Shown: positions 28,426-39,000, numbered from the stretch's first letter. The stretch: 57,629 nucleotides of DNA from Bacteroidales bacterium (GCA_034004335.1 JAVEWX010000003.1:1-57629); one strand, 5' to 3'. Numbers and translations are program-made. Notes: generated by a model from the letters alone, not told the origin.

Positions 28426-28465
28426 GGTAACAGAATGATAACAGAAGGGTAACATGAGGGTAAAA
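28426..28465. promoter_or_regulatory. Four 11-bp-phased heptamers: GGTAACA / GATAACA / GGTAACA / GGTAAAA (candidate OmpR-family box array)
   Basis: The heptamers start at 28426, 28437, 28448 and 28459, an exact 11-bp period. The array ends immediately upstream of a TAnnTTTG box and the TonB-receptor start. Confidence 0.4.
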
Positions 28466-28474
28466 GAGACAGGA

Positions 28475-28482
28475 TACTTTTG
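28475..28482 (+). promoter_or_regulatory. Bacteroidota -7-type promoter box (TACTTTTG) upstream of the TonB-dependent receptor
   Basis: Exact TAnnTTTG match. It ends only 4 nt before the ATG at 28487, so the in-frame ATG at 28514 may be the real start. Confidence 0.35.
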
Positions 28483-28486
28483 AATC

Positions 28487-31348
28487 ATGAAAAGCAAATG
28501 GAATATCACAATTATGTGGCCAAAGTATTGTATTGTCCTTGCAGTTTCCCTGGTACTTCAGTCAACCATGTTTACATCGGCCGGGCAGAATGGTTATGTT
28601 GAAGGCCTGATAACCGACAGGGTCACCTCCGAAACCATCCCCGGAGCTCATATTGTTGTTGAGGGAACTGTCACCGGAACCTCTTCCGACCTGAATGGCA
28701 GGTACAGGCTCAGTCTTCCCGAGGGTGTCTATACCTTAAGGATAATGTTCATTTCGTACCAGACGGTGATTGCAGCTGATCTGGCTGTGAAGGCTGGAGA
28801 GACCACTACCCTGAATGTTGAGCTTGAAGAAGTGTCAACTGAAATAGCCGGGGTTGAAGTAACCGCCAGGAGAATTACAAACACGGAGGCATCGATGATC
28901 TCCTCAATAAGGGGGGGGAATGTGGTTATTGCCGGGATAAGTGCGCAACAGATAGTCAGGTCACAGGACAATGACGCAGCAGCGGTGGTCAAGAGGATAC
29001 CCGGTGTTACAATTGTTGATGACAGGTTCATTTTAATAAGGGGCCTTAGCGAAAGGTATAATCCTGCCATGCTTCATGAATCATATGCACCTTCAATGGA
29101 GGCGGATGTCAAATCATTTTCCTTTGATATCGTTCCTGCCGGACTTATTGACCGCATAATGATATACAAGAGTCCCTCGCCTGAACTGCCGGGCGATTTT
29201 TCCGGCGGACTGGTAAGGATATATACTAAATCGGTACCGGAAACAAACTTCCTTTCGCTTTCCTGGTCTGCTGGCTATGACAACAGTACTTCATTGAAAA
29301 CCTTCTACGGCCAGGAGAAGGGCAAGGGACACTGGTCGGGCTTGTATGATGACTTAAACGGTTTGCCGGCTTCCTTTCCCGCCAACCTCAGGAGTATTGC
29401 CTCCGATCCGGTCAGGATACAGGAGGCAGGCCGGTCTCTAAGGAACAACTGGAAACCCCTTGAGTACAAAGCCGGACTTAATCAGGGTTTCTCGCTTTCC
29501 GGCGGACTGACCCTGGGGAAAGGCCAGGTTAAGGCGGGGAACATAACCTCGCTTAATTACAGTAATTCACGATCGGTTGACAATATTCTTCGTCGCGATT
29601 ACAACCAGTATGATTCTGAACTGGGGCAGAGTTCCGTGATCTACAGCTTCAATGACAACAGGTACGCAGAGAAGATCAGAACCGGCATTCTCCACAACTG
29701 GTCAATAAGCATCGGTGGTAACCATAAAATTGAGCTTGTCAACATTTTCAACCAGGTCAGCCAGTCAGAATACATTTTCAGGACTGGTCCCATGTATGAA
29801 TTCAACTACTACGCAAACAACCATTCCTTCTATCAGCTTTTCAGGGGTATTTACTCAGGTCAGTTGACCGGCAGACATGAGTTAGCCGGAGAGAAAACCG
29901 TGGTTGAGTGGTCAGCATCTGTATCTGAATCATACAGGCGGGAACCCGATTACCGCCGTTACAGGATGAACCTTGATACAGCTTCAGGGGACCTTTCCAT
30001 TTACATTCCCACAGGTGCTGCTGCGACCTATTTTCTGGGCAGGTTCTATTCAGAGATGGAGGAGAATGGCAGGTCTGCATCAGTAAAGCTGACTCAAAAG
30101 CTGTTTGCTGAAAGGTTCGTGGAAAGAGCTCCTGAACTGGCTGCAGGTTTGTTCATGAACACGGGAAGCAGATTCTTCAGGGGAAGGAATCTTGGTTATG
30201 TCAAGGCTAACTCTGCCCTTTTCAATCAGGATCTTATTAATTCATCTATTGATGAACTTTTCAGTCCTGATAATATTAATCCCGATACAGGTATTAAAAT
30301 TGATGAGCAGACAAATTCTTCGGACTCATACTCATCAAGAAACATTGTGAGTGCTGGATTTGTATTGGCAAGGTTTTCCCTGGCTGAAGGCAGGGTCAAT
30401 GTAACAGCCGGTGCACGGGCCGAATCGGGGAACATGATGCTCGAAAGCCGGACCCTCACCAATGAGCCGGTGAATGTTCATGACAGTAACTTTGATATAT
30501 TACCCTCCCTGAACCTGTCCTACAACCTGACGGAGAAAAGCCTTGCCAGACTGGGTTTTGGGAAAACCATCAACAGGGCTGAATTCAGGGAGCTTGCTCC
30601 ATTCGGATTCTATGATTTTAACTACAACCTGGTCCGCAAGGGAAATCCTGACCTCAGGAGCGCCGTAATATGGAACCTGGACCTCAGGTGGGAGTACTAT
30701 CCTGCCCAGGGGGAGATAATCACTGGAGGTCTGTTCTACAAGAACTTCACCGATGCAATAGAGCTTACCTTCATTCCGGGAGGTGGCACAGCCGGCATCA
30801 AGACTTTTATACCTGTTAATGCCGAAAGCGCATCAGGCATGGGGGCTGAACTGGAGGTGAGAAAGTCATTGTCAGCCCTTTCAGCAGGAAGCTTCGCCGA
30901 CAAGCTTACCATTATGTTCAACAGCGCCTTTATCTACAGCAGGATAAGGCCTGAAAGCGGCAGCGCCGGCCAGTTCTTCAGGGAAAGGCCCATGCAGGGG
31001 CAATCTCCCTATATCGTAAATACCGGTATTTATTATCGTGATCAGGAAGCCGGGCTGCAGGTTAACCTTCTATATAATATAATTGGCCGCAGGATAATGA
31101 TAATAGGCTTTGAGGAATACCCCGATATCTATGAAATGCCGCGGCACCTCGCTGAACTGACCATCACCAAAAGTATTGGCAGATTCCTTGAAATCAAGGC
31201 CGGGGTTAAGGACCTGTTCAACCAGGAGAATCTGTTGCTGCAGGATGCCAACAGGGACGGCCGTTTTGACCGGAGAAATGACCAGGTAATAGAAAGATAC
31301 TCACCAGGCAGGATCTTCAGCATGGGTTTAAGCTTCAGGCTACAATAG
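28487..31348 (+). CDS. TonB-dependent outer-membrane receptor with N-terminal CarboxypepD_reg domain
   Basis: 953 aa. The CarboxypepD_reg domain is recognisable (GYVEGLITDRVTSETIPGAHIVVEGT ... GRYRLSLPEGVYTLRIMFISYQT). A plug domain follows (RIPGVTIVDDRFILIRGLSERYN), then a long beta-barrel. An alternative start is at 28514. Confidence 0.85.
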   Translation: MKSKWNITIMWPKYCIVLAVSLVLQSTMFTSAGQNGYVEGLITDRVTSETIPGAHIVVEGTVTGTSSDLNGRYRLSLPEGVYTLRIMFISYQTVIAADLAVKAGETTTLNVELEEVSTEIAGVEVTARRITNTEASMISSIRGGNVVIAGISAQQIVRSQDNDAAAVVKRIPGVTIVDDRFILIRGLSERYNPAMLHESYAPSMEADVKSFSFDIVPAGLIDRIMIYKSPSPELPGDFSGGLVRIYTKSVPETNFLSLSWSAGYDNSTSLKTFYGQEKGKGHWSGLYDDLNGLPASFPANLRSIASDPVRIQEAGRSLRNNWKPLEYKAGLNQGFSLSGGLTLGKGQVKAGNITSLNYSNSRSVDNILRRDYNQYDSELGQSSVIYSFNDNRYAEKIRTGILHNWSISIGGNHKIELVNIFNQVSQSEYIFRTGPMYEFNYYANNHSFYQLFRGIYSGQLTGRHELAGEKTVVEWSASVSESYRREPDYRRYRMNLDTASGDLSIYIPTGAAATYFLGRFYSEMEENGRSASVKLTQKLFAERFVERAPELAAGLFMNTGSRFFRGRNLGYVKANSALFNQDLINSSIDELFSPDNINPDTGIKIDEQTNSSDSYSSRNIVSAGFVLARFSLAEGRVNVTAGARAESGNMMLESRTLTNEPVNVHDSNFDILPSLNLSYNLTEKSLARLGFGKTINRAEFRELAPFGFYDFNYNLVRKGNPDLRSAVIWNLDLRWEYYPAQGEIITGGLFYKNFTDAIELTFIPGGGTAGIKTFIPVNAESASGMGAELEVRKSLSALSAGSFADKLTIMFNSAFIYSRIRPESGSAGQFFRERPMQGQSPYIVNTGIYYRDQEAGLQVNLLYNIIGRRIMIIGFEEYPDIYEMPRHLAELTITKSIGRFLEIKAGVKDLFNQENLLLQDANRDGRFDRRNDQVIERYSPGRIFSMGLSFRLQ

Positions 31349-31443
31349 GATGACTGGGTTATTTAATGTAACCATAAACCAAAGATCATGTCTGCTTAAT
31401 ACCTGATTAATGCCCGGAACATAGTTTTGAATCAGAAAAAGGA

Positions 31444-33237
31444 ATGGAAAATATTAACCAAAAACGCAAAAAAATGAAAATCACAAGCTTTAAATCGGAT
31501 CTGTTGCACTTGTTCAAATTGTCAGTTCCGGTGCTGATGACGGCACTGGTACTTTACTCTTGCGAAGAAGAGGTCTATGATGCTCCTTCATTTGAGCTAA
31601 GCTCTTCATCAGGCATGTCGGTTGCCGGGAAGGAAGTGGCTACGACTCTATCCATCCTGGCTCCGGGGGGAGCCGATGAGATAAATGTCCTCAGGAATGG
31701 AGTTCCCGCTGCCCCTGTGCAGCTGAATGGTGAGAAAACAGTTGACTACGATTTCAGTTACGTAATCGAGGATCTTCCTGTGGGTACCACAATAAATTTC
31801 ACCTTTCAGGTCACCGACAGGCAGGGTAAGCAGAGTGACATAAAGGTCTATACGGTAACGGTAACGTCAAAGGAGATTGTTGAGGTGTCGGGTAATATAA
31901 CATCGACGGTAACCTGGACCAATGACAAGGTCTATCGGCTTAATGGCTTCGTAAGGGTCCAGGACGGCGGTCGTCTCAATATTGATGAGGGTACCGTGAT
32001 AATCGGTGACCGGGAATCAAAAGGAACACTTATAGTTCAGATGGGAGGTAAAATTTATGCTGAGGGTACTGCCGATGAACCTGTAGTATTTACTTCAGAG
32101 AATGCCTCAGGACTTCGTGAACCAGGTGACTGGGGAGGTGTTGTGATATGCGGAAAGGCGCCTAATAATGTTACCGCCACAACCGGGCTGCCCGTTGAAC
32201 TGGAGGGTGGATATGGTGCATTCCATGGTGGAACCGATCCTGATGACAATTCAGGAGTGCTCAGGTATGTCAGGATTGAATATGCAGGTGTTCCCATCAA
32301 TCCCAATGAGGAGGTTAACTCACTTACGATGGGCAGTGTTGGCAGGGGTACGACCATTGAATACGTTATGTGCTCCTACGGCCTCGATGATGCTTTTGAG
32401 TGGTTCGGCGGTACAGTTGACGCCAGGTATCTTATTGCCTTCAGGGGACTCGATGATGACTTCGATGTTGACCTTGGCTATAGTGGCAGGGTGCAGTTCG
32501 GTCTCGGTGTAAGATATCAGAACAATGCCGATCAGTCGGGATCAAACGGATTCGAGGTCGACAACAATGGTTCGGGCAGTAATGCACAGCCTTACACATC
32601 GGCAATCTTCTCCAACATCTCGATAATTGGCCCGAAAGCTAACCGTGAAACACCTATAAGCCTTCAGTTTCAGCATGCAGCACAGCTCAGGCGTAACAGC
32701 AGAATCAGTATCTACAACTCTTATATGACAGGTTATCCGGCCGGGTTGTATGTTGATGATGACAAGGCCGGTGCGGGTCAGGCCTTCCTTGACGATCACC
32801 TGCAAATCCGCAATCTCTATCTGGCAGGCGTTGAGCATTGGGGCGGCAATGGCTATGGCTCGGCAGGGACAATCTTTACAGGAGCTCCTGCCAATGGTCT
32901 TCAGCATCCGACAAACCCCCGCGACAGGGCACTCAAGTCGCATGCCAACTTCCCCGGCGGGCAGACAGCCTATGAGAGCCATTTCAACACCATGTCATTC
33001 AACAACAAATTGTTTGATAAGTGGCAGGACCTTGGAATCGATGCATCCGCATTTGGTCTATCCGATCCAGTATTCAAACCGGCTGCAGGGTCAGCACTTC
33101 TTAGTGGTGCCCGTTGGGATAACACGCCGAAAGCGGACTCATTCTTCGAACAGGTTGATTTTATAGGAGCCTTTGGCAATACCGACTGGACTGCCGGATG
33201 GGCTGCCTTTGATTGCCACCTTATTACATACTTTTAA
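31444..33237 (+). CDS. Surface lipoprotein of unknown function (Ig-like N-domain plus Gly/Asp-rich beta-type repeats)
   Basis: 597 aa with lipobox LVLYSC. Motifs seen are GDWGGVVICG, LRYVRIEYAG, DDAFEWFGG, DDDFDVDLGY and GFEVDNN. It lies 95 nt downstream of the receptor gene. An alternative start is at 31474. Confidence 0.55.
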   Translation: MENINQKRKKMKITSFKSDLLHLFKLSVPVLMTALVLYSCEEEVYDAPSFELSSSSGMSVAGKEVATTLSILAPGGADEINVLRNGVPAAPVQLNGEKTVDYDFSYVIEDLPVGTTINFTFQVTDRQGKQSDIKVYTVTVTSKEIVEVSGNITSTVTWTNDKVYRLNGFVRVQDGGRLNIDEGTVIIGDRESKGTLIVQMGGKIYAEGTADEPVVFTSENASGLREPGDWGGVVICGKAPNNVTATTGLPVELEGGYGAFHGGTDPDDNSGVLRYVRIEYAGVPINPNEEVNSLTMGSVGRGTTIEYVMCSYGLDDAFEWFGGTVDARYLIAFRGLDDDFDVDLGYSGRVQFGLGVRYQNNADQSGSNGFEVDNNGSGSNAQPYTSAIFSNISIIGPKANRETPISLQFQHAAQLRRNSRISIYNSYMTGYPAGLYVDDDKAGAGQAFLDDHLQIRNLYLAGVEHWGGNGYGSAGTIFTGAPANGLQHPTNPRDRALKSHANFPGGQTAYESHFNTMSFNNKLFDKWQDLGIDASAFGLSDPVFKPAAGSALLSGARWDNTPKADSFFEQVDFIGAFGNTDWTAGWAAFDCHLITYF

Positions 33238-33355
33238 TTGACAGAAACACTGCACATATCAGTATCACAGGCAGCTGGTCAATATTTTGACCGGCTGCCT
33301 GATGATATCTGTTGCTGCACAAGGTATACAGGGTAAATCCATAAATTCATCATTC

Positions 33356-33826
33356 ATGAAGCATATTATATTAATTATTTCACTATTATTCCTGCTCCCT
33401 TACGGACATTATGCACAACAGGCTCCACGTGAGGGAGCGGGTGGTACATACTATGGCGCCGGGAACAGGCTGTTCAGCGGCATAATAAAGGAGTATTACC
33501 CTGATGGGACCTTGAAAATGGAGATGCCGGTAAGGAAGGGAGCCCTCCACGGCAATGTGATACTATATTTCAGTAACAGCATCGTGAATGAGATCAGGGC
33601 CTACAGGTCAGGCAAAATGCATGGTACCTGGAGTACATGGAACGAAGACGGTACCAAGTCGGCCGAAGCTAATTACCTTAGGGGAAGGAAGGAGGGCAAA
33701 TGGTATATCTGGGATGGAAACGGAGTGCTAAGGTATGATATGACTTACCGGCGTGGTGAGAAGACAGGAACCTGGTATATGTATGACGAGAGTGGAAATC
33801 TGATTATGGAACAGGTATACAAATAA
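33356..33826 (+). CDS. MORN-variant repeat protein (YwqK-like), secreted
   Basis: I use the ATG at 33356, which gives a signal peptide. Repeated Y..G.L......G..HG.W..W...G units are present (KGALHG, GKMHGTWSTW, RKEGKWYIW, EKTGTWYMY). Confidence 0.7.
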   Translation: MKHIILIISLLFLLPYGHYAQQAPREGAGGTYYGAGNRLFSGIIKEYYPDGTLKMEMPVRKGALHGNVILYFSNSIVNEIRAYRSGKMHGTWSTWNEDGTKSAEANYLRGRKEGKWYIWDGNGVLRYDMTYRRGEKTGTWYMYDESGNLIMEQVYK

Positions 33827-33860
33827 AAAAAGGTGCCTGAAGCGGCACCTTTTTTTTAAA
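33825..33860. terminator. Bidirectional intrinsic terminator
   Basis: The sequence is aaaaaaa-ggtgcc-tgaagc-ggcacc-tttttttt. The stem pairs 33832-33837 with 33844-33849. It sits between convergent genes. Confidence 0.65.
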
Positions 33861-33870
33861 AAAATATAAT

Positions 33871-34233
33871 CTATTTCTTCCCGATATTGTCGAGCTGTAT
33901 TGTGATGTCCTCCTTTGTTTTATCGGCATTTATTATGATGGTTCTTGTTTCATATGAGATAAGTGAGGTTTTTATGGTATAGCTTCCCGGAGTTGCGGAT
34001 ATTGAAAAGTTGCCCTCAAAATCAGTATAGACTGCGATGTCGGATTCCTCAACCCTGATCACCACTCCGGCAAGACCTTCACCCGATTGCCTGTCAGTTA
34101 TCCTTCCTGATATTGAAATGGTTTCAATGGCATTCCTGTCCTTGTCTTTATCCTTTTTCCCGTCCTCGTTTGCCATAACGACCGTACCGGCAAGAAGACA
34201 TATCAGTGCTGATGCTATTATCCTGTTTTTCAT
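33871..34233 (-). CDS. Small secreted CarboxypepD_reg-like domain protein
   Basis: 120 aa with a signal peptide. The domain pattern is ISGRITDRQSGEGLAGVVIRVE ... TDFEGNFSI ... GSYTIKTSLISYET. Confidence 0.6.
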   Translation of the reverse strand: MKNRIIASALICLLAGTVVMANEDGKKDKDKDRNAIETISISGRITDRQSGEGLAGVVIRVEESDIAVYTDFEGNFSISATPGSYTIKTSLISYETRTIIINADKTKEDITIQLDNIGKK

Positions 34234-34323
34234 GGCTTCTGTTTTGCCTCAAAGGTAGAGCGCCATTATTAAGCCAGTGTTAAGAACAGGTTGTTTGTCT
34301 GTTAAATATTGTGGGTAGGGCTA

Positions 34324-35277
34324 TCAGATTTCTGCAGGCTTTGAACCTGAATAGATTATGTACTGACGGTGCTTTTCCAGGAGCCTGATGTTAAGCTTCA
34401 CATTTACCAGGTAGAAGAGCCTGAAAAAAACTGTGCTTATAAGACCCTTCTTCTTCATGTGTCTGAAATAGGAACGGTAATTCCTGTAACCCTTTATTAT
34501 ATGTTCAGTTATGTTGTCAACTTCATCGACCTTCAGTCCTGCTTTTGCCAGACCCTCGCCATACTGGTCTGCTGTCCAGTGGTTTAATCCCATGTTTCTG
34601 GTCCAGTGACCCGACTTACCATCAGTCAGCTTCCGGTTCCTGATAATGTCGGCAATGATGAACCGTCCTCCCGGTTCCAGCACCCTGTAAATCTCACTGA
34701 GAAAAGCCTGCTTGTCGGGGTAATGAAAAGCACTTTCAATATTGACAACCACCTGAAATGAGTTGTCGGCAATTTTTCTTAGTTTTTGAGCATCATCGAC
34801 AAGGAAGAAACTGTTTCCGATTTTCCTTCTCTCCTTTTCCCTGTTGGCTATCAGGATATTACGTCGGTTGAGGTCGATTCCGGTAATGTACCCCGGGTTG
34901 TAATTCTGGGCAATGAATTTTGTCTGGACGCCGTTTCCGCAACCTATTTCGAGTATTGTTTTGCCTTCGAGTGGCTCAATGAATGAAAGGCAATGACGGG
35001 TGAGGTTTTCCTGGGCTTTGCGGAAGCTTTCGTCAGCTTCCATATGAAGGGGGTAATGGAGCATTGTATATTGATCATCGATCTGGTAAAGGGCTGAGTT
35101 CATAGCCTCATAGTACCTCGATGACGAAGACCCGGACCTGCAGAATCCTATTACCTGTCTTATTATACCTGCATCGCTGGAAATCTCCCTTCCCATAAGA
35201 TTCGCCGGTTTACTCAATTGGCAATATAGGAAAATAATCGTAAAACAATCCTCTTTCATTAGAAATAGCGGCACCAT
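34324..35277 (-). CDS. Class I SAM-dependent methyltransferase
   Basis: SAM-binding motif I is present (ILEIGCGNGVQT), together with an acidic loop (GIDLN) and a GGRFIIAD segment. The start is uncertain. In-frame ATGs at 35196 and 35103 are as plausible as 35277. Confidence 0.7.
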   Translation of the reverse strand: MVPLFLMKEDCFTIIFLYCQLSKPANLMGREISSDAGIIRQVIGFCRSGSSSSRYYEAMNSALYQIDDQYTMLHYPLHMEADESFRKAQENLTRHCLSFIEPLEGKTILEIGCGNGVQTKFIAQNYNPGYITGIDLNRRNILIANREKERRKIGNSFFLVDDAQKLRKIADNSFQVVVNIESAFHYPDKQAFLSEIYRVLEPGGRFIIADIIRNRKLTDGKSGHWTRNMGLNHWTADQYGEGLAKAGLKVDEVDNITEHIIKGYRNYRSYFRHMKKKGLISTVFFRLFYLVNVKLNIRLLEKHRQYIIYSGSKPAEI

Positions 35278-35310
35278 TACCTACCGGTTATGGTTCCGGC
35301 ATGTATCATT

Positions 35311-35348
35311 AAAACAAATGAAGAGTCCCGCGAAAGGCAGGACTCTTC
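35311..35348 (-). terminator. Stem-loop downstream of the 35372-35902 gene
   Basis: 9-bp stem gaagagtcc / ggactcttc (35320-35328 pairs with 35340-35348). On the minus strand it is followed by atttgtttta. Confidence 0.45.
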
Positions 35349-35371
35349 ATCAGGTCAGGATTTAATTATCC

Positions 35372-35902
35372 CTATTTTTTATCGTACACCAGCGTGGTCT
35401 TCATCTCCCCGTTGGGGGTATTGTTTATACTTTCAATAGACAGTGCCTTGCCTCCGTCGATAAGCTTCCATACTTCCTTTGTGGTCATCTCGCGTGACTG
35501 ACCCTGCATTGACATGGTCATGGTGGTTGTGATAGTCATAACCTTTTTATCTGCCGACCATGTAACCGTTGATTTCCGTGTGTTGTTCATGGCCTGGTTC
35601 TCGGTTTGCTTTCCTGACAGGTCAAATTTTTCAGTGGTGACCGTAGGCTGACCTTCACGGCCCTGCCTGGTACGGGCAACTGTCAGGTCATTTCCCTGCT
35701 GTGTTACATTCAGTTCTGAGGCTCCCATGCGGAAACCACCCCGTCCCTGACCCTGTGCCTGTGCCTGGCCTGTTGTGCTCTTCGTTTCATTGAAGGCCCA
35801 TTTGCCGGCAAAATTCTCTTGTGCGTTCATGGAGGCTCCCGATATCATCATAACTGCGGCAGCCGTCAAAAACATTGCTGATAGTTTTGTAATCATTTTC
35901 AT
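35372..35902 (-). CDS. Hypothetical secreted protein
   Basis: I use the ATG at 35902, which gives the signal peptide MKMITKLSAMFLTAAAVMMISGASMNAQ. A Gln/Gly-rich segment is followed by a beta-rich region. I recognised no family. Confidence 0.45.
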   Translation of the reverse strand: MKMITKLSAMFLTAAAVMMISGASMNAQENFAGKWAFNETKSTTGQAQAQGQGRGGFRMGASELNVTQQGNDLTVARTRQGREGQPTVTTEKFDLSGKQTENQAMNNTRKSTVTWSADKKVMTITTTMTMSMQGQSREMTTKEVWKLIDGGKALSIESINNTPNGEMKTTLVYDKK

Positions 35903-36003
35903 GGTGTGATCATTTAAGTTTGTAACCCCTTTGACAGTAAAGATAAACATTTTATTCCCTGCCATGCAGGTTTTAACGTTTTATTAATAATTGCCGGTAC
36001 AGG

Positions 36004-39000
36004 CTACCAACCCGGTGATAGATTAATGCCAAAGGAGCCCCTGCCAATTCCCGATCCGCCCATGATCGGGAAAGCATAGTAAGGTTCCAGGACCGCATAT
36101 CCGAACAGGTTTATCCTGAAAGAGGTGCCGATGCTGAATACCGGAACTCTCTCTCCGGGGGCGGGATTTATCCAGTCATCTGCTATCTTCATTTTGTTGT
36201 CAAGGGCGATACCCCCGTCAAGAAAGATATTGATATCAGTGAATATGCTTTCTGATTTCAGTATTGAGATATTTTCCGGCCCTGAAAACGGTATTCTCAT
36301 TTCAATATTGGCAACAAAAAGTTTGCTGCCGAAGAAATTATCAATACCTATGCCGGTCATCCCGTTCTGCGGACCTGCCATGTTCCTGGTAACTTTCTGG
36401 TATCCCCTGATCAGCCATGGATAGCCCAGGTAAAGAGGCGTGATAATTTCGCTGTCGGTCCTGGCTCCCCACCTTCCATAGTTATATGACCTGAAAGCAA
36501 TGGTAAGCGGCCTGAGATGCATGTAGTGCCTGTAGTCGGCGAGGGTTGTCAGGAAATTAATCTCCCCGAAATATTTGCCTGCCTCGAGCCGGTATCTTGT
36601 ACCGCTTACCGGGCCGGTTATTCCCATGACACTGTTGTCAAGAACGTAGGCAAAATCGACCTTTGCAAGTCCGAATCCACCTGGCGCATCAAGCTTTTCG
36701 CGGCTCGAGCCGATGGGCAACCCCAGGAAATCATAATAGTAGGAATACCTGTCAAACCTGTAGCTGTAACCTGCCACCTCTCCCGACAACTCTATCCTTC
36801 GGGTCTGTGATATCGGGTAAAAAGCAAAAAGCGATACTTTGTCCTCAAACATCCTTATGTAGTTAAGGTCGAGCTTTTCAACAATCATAGGCTCACCCCC
36901 GTATGAAATCGTGTCGGGTGAAGCGGTGACGGAACCGAAGTAATTGGGAATGTGAGACAGGGAGGCCCCCCATTTAAGCTTCCTCTTCTGGTTGATATAG
37001 GCTATCTGTGCGCCGAAGTCATAAATCTCCCCGTTCAATGATATGGCCGAGAATATCTGGTTGTCACCCGTCATGTCGCTGAATATGGCATTGACGCTCC
37101 CGGTCATTCCCGTCCCCATTCTGCCTGAGGCCACTCCAACTGAGCTGTTGGATAGATAGTCGAGGGTGAATTTGGGCCTGTAGGGAAGGGGAACCAGCTC
37201 TTCAGCAGGTATTTCCGGAACCTCAGATGTCGAGAACAGTGAACTGTCGACGAGGTTCACCGAAAGGTATTCCATCGGGGGCAGGACAGCAGCCCTGTAA
37301 TCGATGGAGTCGGCTGAGACCTCAATCCTGCTGAACTCCTCACCGCCTGCAGAATATATTGTATACCTTTTGTCCGCATAATAGGAATATACTATGTCTC
37401 CGCTTTGCCGGGCCAGTGACATGGCAGGCGAATGATAGGTGATTCCCGTTATGCCCCTCATGTAACGTGTCATCTGATAAATTGAACCCGTAGCCTGATC
37501 ATATTCATACAGGTTCCGGTATCCGTCCCTGTCGGAGAGGAAATAGATGCTGCTTCCGTCGCCTGAGAAAAGCGGATTCATATTCCTGGCCCCGGTAAAG
37601 AGGGGCAGAAGCCTTTCTCCGGAACCATTGCCGGCCTCAATAACGGCAATATTATAGAAATCGTGACGGAACCGCACCTGCTGGCCGGGGTGAGCCTTGT
37701 CAGTAACATATATGATATATCTGCCATCGGGCGACCATGAGGGCTGCAGGTTTGCATGGCTGTCATTGGTTAGTTGCTGCACCCTGCCGGTTTCCGGTTC
37801 GTAAAGGAAAAGGTCCGAGATTCCGTTCCGCATGGCCGAAACAACTATCTGCTTACCGTCGGGCGACCATGAAGGATTGTTTATGGCCGGAAGTCCGGGA
37901 AGCTCAACTTCCCTGACTGACCTCCTGCGGTCCACATCCATGATGACAAGCTTGTTCTTACCCTCGGAAAAGACCACAAATGCAAACTGCCTGCTGTCGG
38001 GCGACCAGGTGCCCGATGACTCAAGGAAACTGAGAGCATCAATCTCATTCCTGTTGATCCGGTTTGAGAGTTTCCTTATTATCTTCCCTGTACTGGCGTC
38101 GGCAAGGAAAAGATCGAGGTTATAAACATCCCTCTCGGAAAGAAAAATGATGTATTTCCCGTCGTGACTGATGACGGGAGACAGGTTCATTTTGCCGGCA
38201 TTATTGCTGAATATCAGCTTTCTGCCGGTCTGAATGTCAGCGGTGTCGGTAAGAAGAGGTGTGTAATTGTTGATCAGGGCTTTCTTCCACAAAGCTGAAA
38301 AATTCTTTTCGTCGACACCAAGCACATTACTGAATGCCTTCTCATACCCGCTTATTGCCGTTTCCCTGAAAAGCGGCACTAATATGGTGTCACCCCATGT
38401 CTTGCCTATCATGGCAATTACTGCCTGGCCAAAGCGATAGGGGAAGTACCTGTTGCTGCGGGTCATATCCTTGAGAGTCGGGATGTCGTCACTTAGCACG
38501 GCGTCTCTCATCCACATTGAAGTATGAGGATCAACACTGCCGATTGAAAAATATTCCGCCATACCCTCCACCATCCAGAGTGGAAGATTCCTCAGACTTG
38601 AAAAAGAGAGCCTTGAGGAGTCCTCCTTTGTAAACATGTTGAATTGAAATGCGTGAACCAGTTCATGTCCTATGATATGATCGGTCTGGGCCAGTGATGG
38701 GAACAAGGGCATTACAACCCTGTTCTTGAGAGCCTCAGTGACACCTCCTGTGCTTTCGCCAATCAGTCCGGAAACGGCTGTTGTCTGCTGAAATTCGGCA
38801 TGATTTTCATAAATAAGTATCGGATTCCTATCCGTAATCGTATCCCTGAACAATGCCTGGTGATGTTTATACCACAATTCACTTCTGCCTGCAAGTACCT
38901 TCAGAACGGAATCATTATCGAGGTAATGGTAAATTTCAAAGTTAGGGGTCTGGTATACGCTGAAGTCAAACACCCTGTATGATGGTTTGTTTCTTCCGAA

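Noticed and set aside
28487-28513. The first ATG (28487) as the start of the TonB-dependent receptor.
   Set aside because: I did not reject it outright. However, a perfect TAnnTTTG box ends 4 nt upstream, which would leave no 5' UTR. The ATG at 28514 still gives a plausible signal peptide (MWPKYCIVLAVSLVLQS..). I kept the longer coordinates in the feature table and flagged the alternative.
33356-33826. Toxin-antitoxin or polymorphic-toxin immunity locus, suggested by the YwqK-like MORN-repeat protein.
   Set aside because: There is no adjacent toxin gene. The protein has a signal peptide and sits between a lipoprotein gene and a terminator. The 'antitoxin' label for this repeat family does not transfer here.
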